The position numbers were made by a program, and so were the translations under genes. Positions 63,493 through 64,000 of a stretch of 64,000 nt of DNA are shown in pieces. Each line of letters starts with the position of its first letter. The stretch's first letter is position 1. Source of the stretch: Octopus vulgaris (taxonomy: Eukaryota); the NCBI GenBank assembly GCA_951406725.2, contig OX597832.1, positions 806,001 through 870,000 on the forward strand, in the 5' to 3' direction. Below the pieces are notes generated by a model. It was not told where the DNA came from and did no database searches. It saw only the letters and a list, made by a program, of their open reading frames with translations.

Positions 63493-64000
63493 AAAGCTGT
63501 GGACATCAACTCGCGTCTGGAATTCCTTACAGGATGGAGTGAGGGGGATGAAACGCAGACCCCTACCAAGGACGGAGCGTTTAGCCGCAGAGAGGGGAAG
63601 ATCGGGGGGAATGGTAACAACAGACGGAAGTGGAGAAGGGGTGGGTGGAATAGAAGTAGGAGGGGTGGTAGGTCTCGTGGAGGTCTGAGGGGGAGGGATT
63701 GGGGAGGTGTGTGGGGGTGGTTGGGAGGGGCAGTAGGGTTAGGTGTAGGTGGATGGAGCCTATTGGGAGGGGAGAAGGGTTTGTAGGGAGGGGCAGTGGG
63801 GTTAGGTGTGGGTGGATGGAGCCTATCGGGAGGGGAGAAGGGTGGTGGAGGAGTTGGGGTAGTGGCGTCGGGTAGGGTGGAATGGAAGAGTGATTGGAGT
63901 TTACGAAGTTTGGTATCAGAAAAAAATTGATGGAAGAGTTGATTCAAATGGATAGTGAAGCGTAGCGTGTTTGGAGCATAGAGAGGCGGCAGAGAGGAGA

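Larger units (their letters stand above)
60646..64000 (-). mobile_element. Neptune-like PLE, continuing beyond the window
   Basis: RT, Cys-rich linker (CSRPRCRTC) and GIY-YIG; pyrimidine-rich UTR; HHR; ends at (TA)n. Confidence 0.95.

Noticed and set aside
61491-63786. Plus-strand ORFs opposite the PLE
   Set aside because: Antisense shadows of a C-rich coding strand with no domain content.

Overview
AT-rich, repeat-saturated animal genomic DNA. Microsatellite and SINE style suggest a mollusc or cephalopod, but that is inference. Almost no host coding sequence is visible: most ORFs in the track are (TA)n/(CA)n/(TAA)n artefacts or antisense shadows. The window is a nest of mobile elements: at least seven Penelope-like (PLE) copies or fragments of two types (Neptune-like and Hydra-like), mostly abutting (TA)n tracts; a hAT transposase relic; RTE, CR1-group, L1/Tx1-like and R4/Dong-like LINEs; a young gag+integrase-only Gypsy element with near-identical LTRs; Helitron-like elements; SINEs; and a foldback element with a TTAGGG core. 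Reading PLE-type termini by eye gives about a dozen type I hammerhead ribozyme (HHR) motifs, including two palindromic mini-elements with mirror-image HHRs. The top finding is three copies of a repeat at 59.0-60.5 kb holding all three hammerhead core strands in exact register, with compensatory changes, but in a non-circular (pseudoknotted) order. All calls are by eye and none is database- or experimentally verified.
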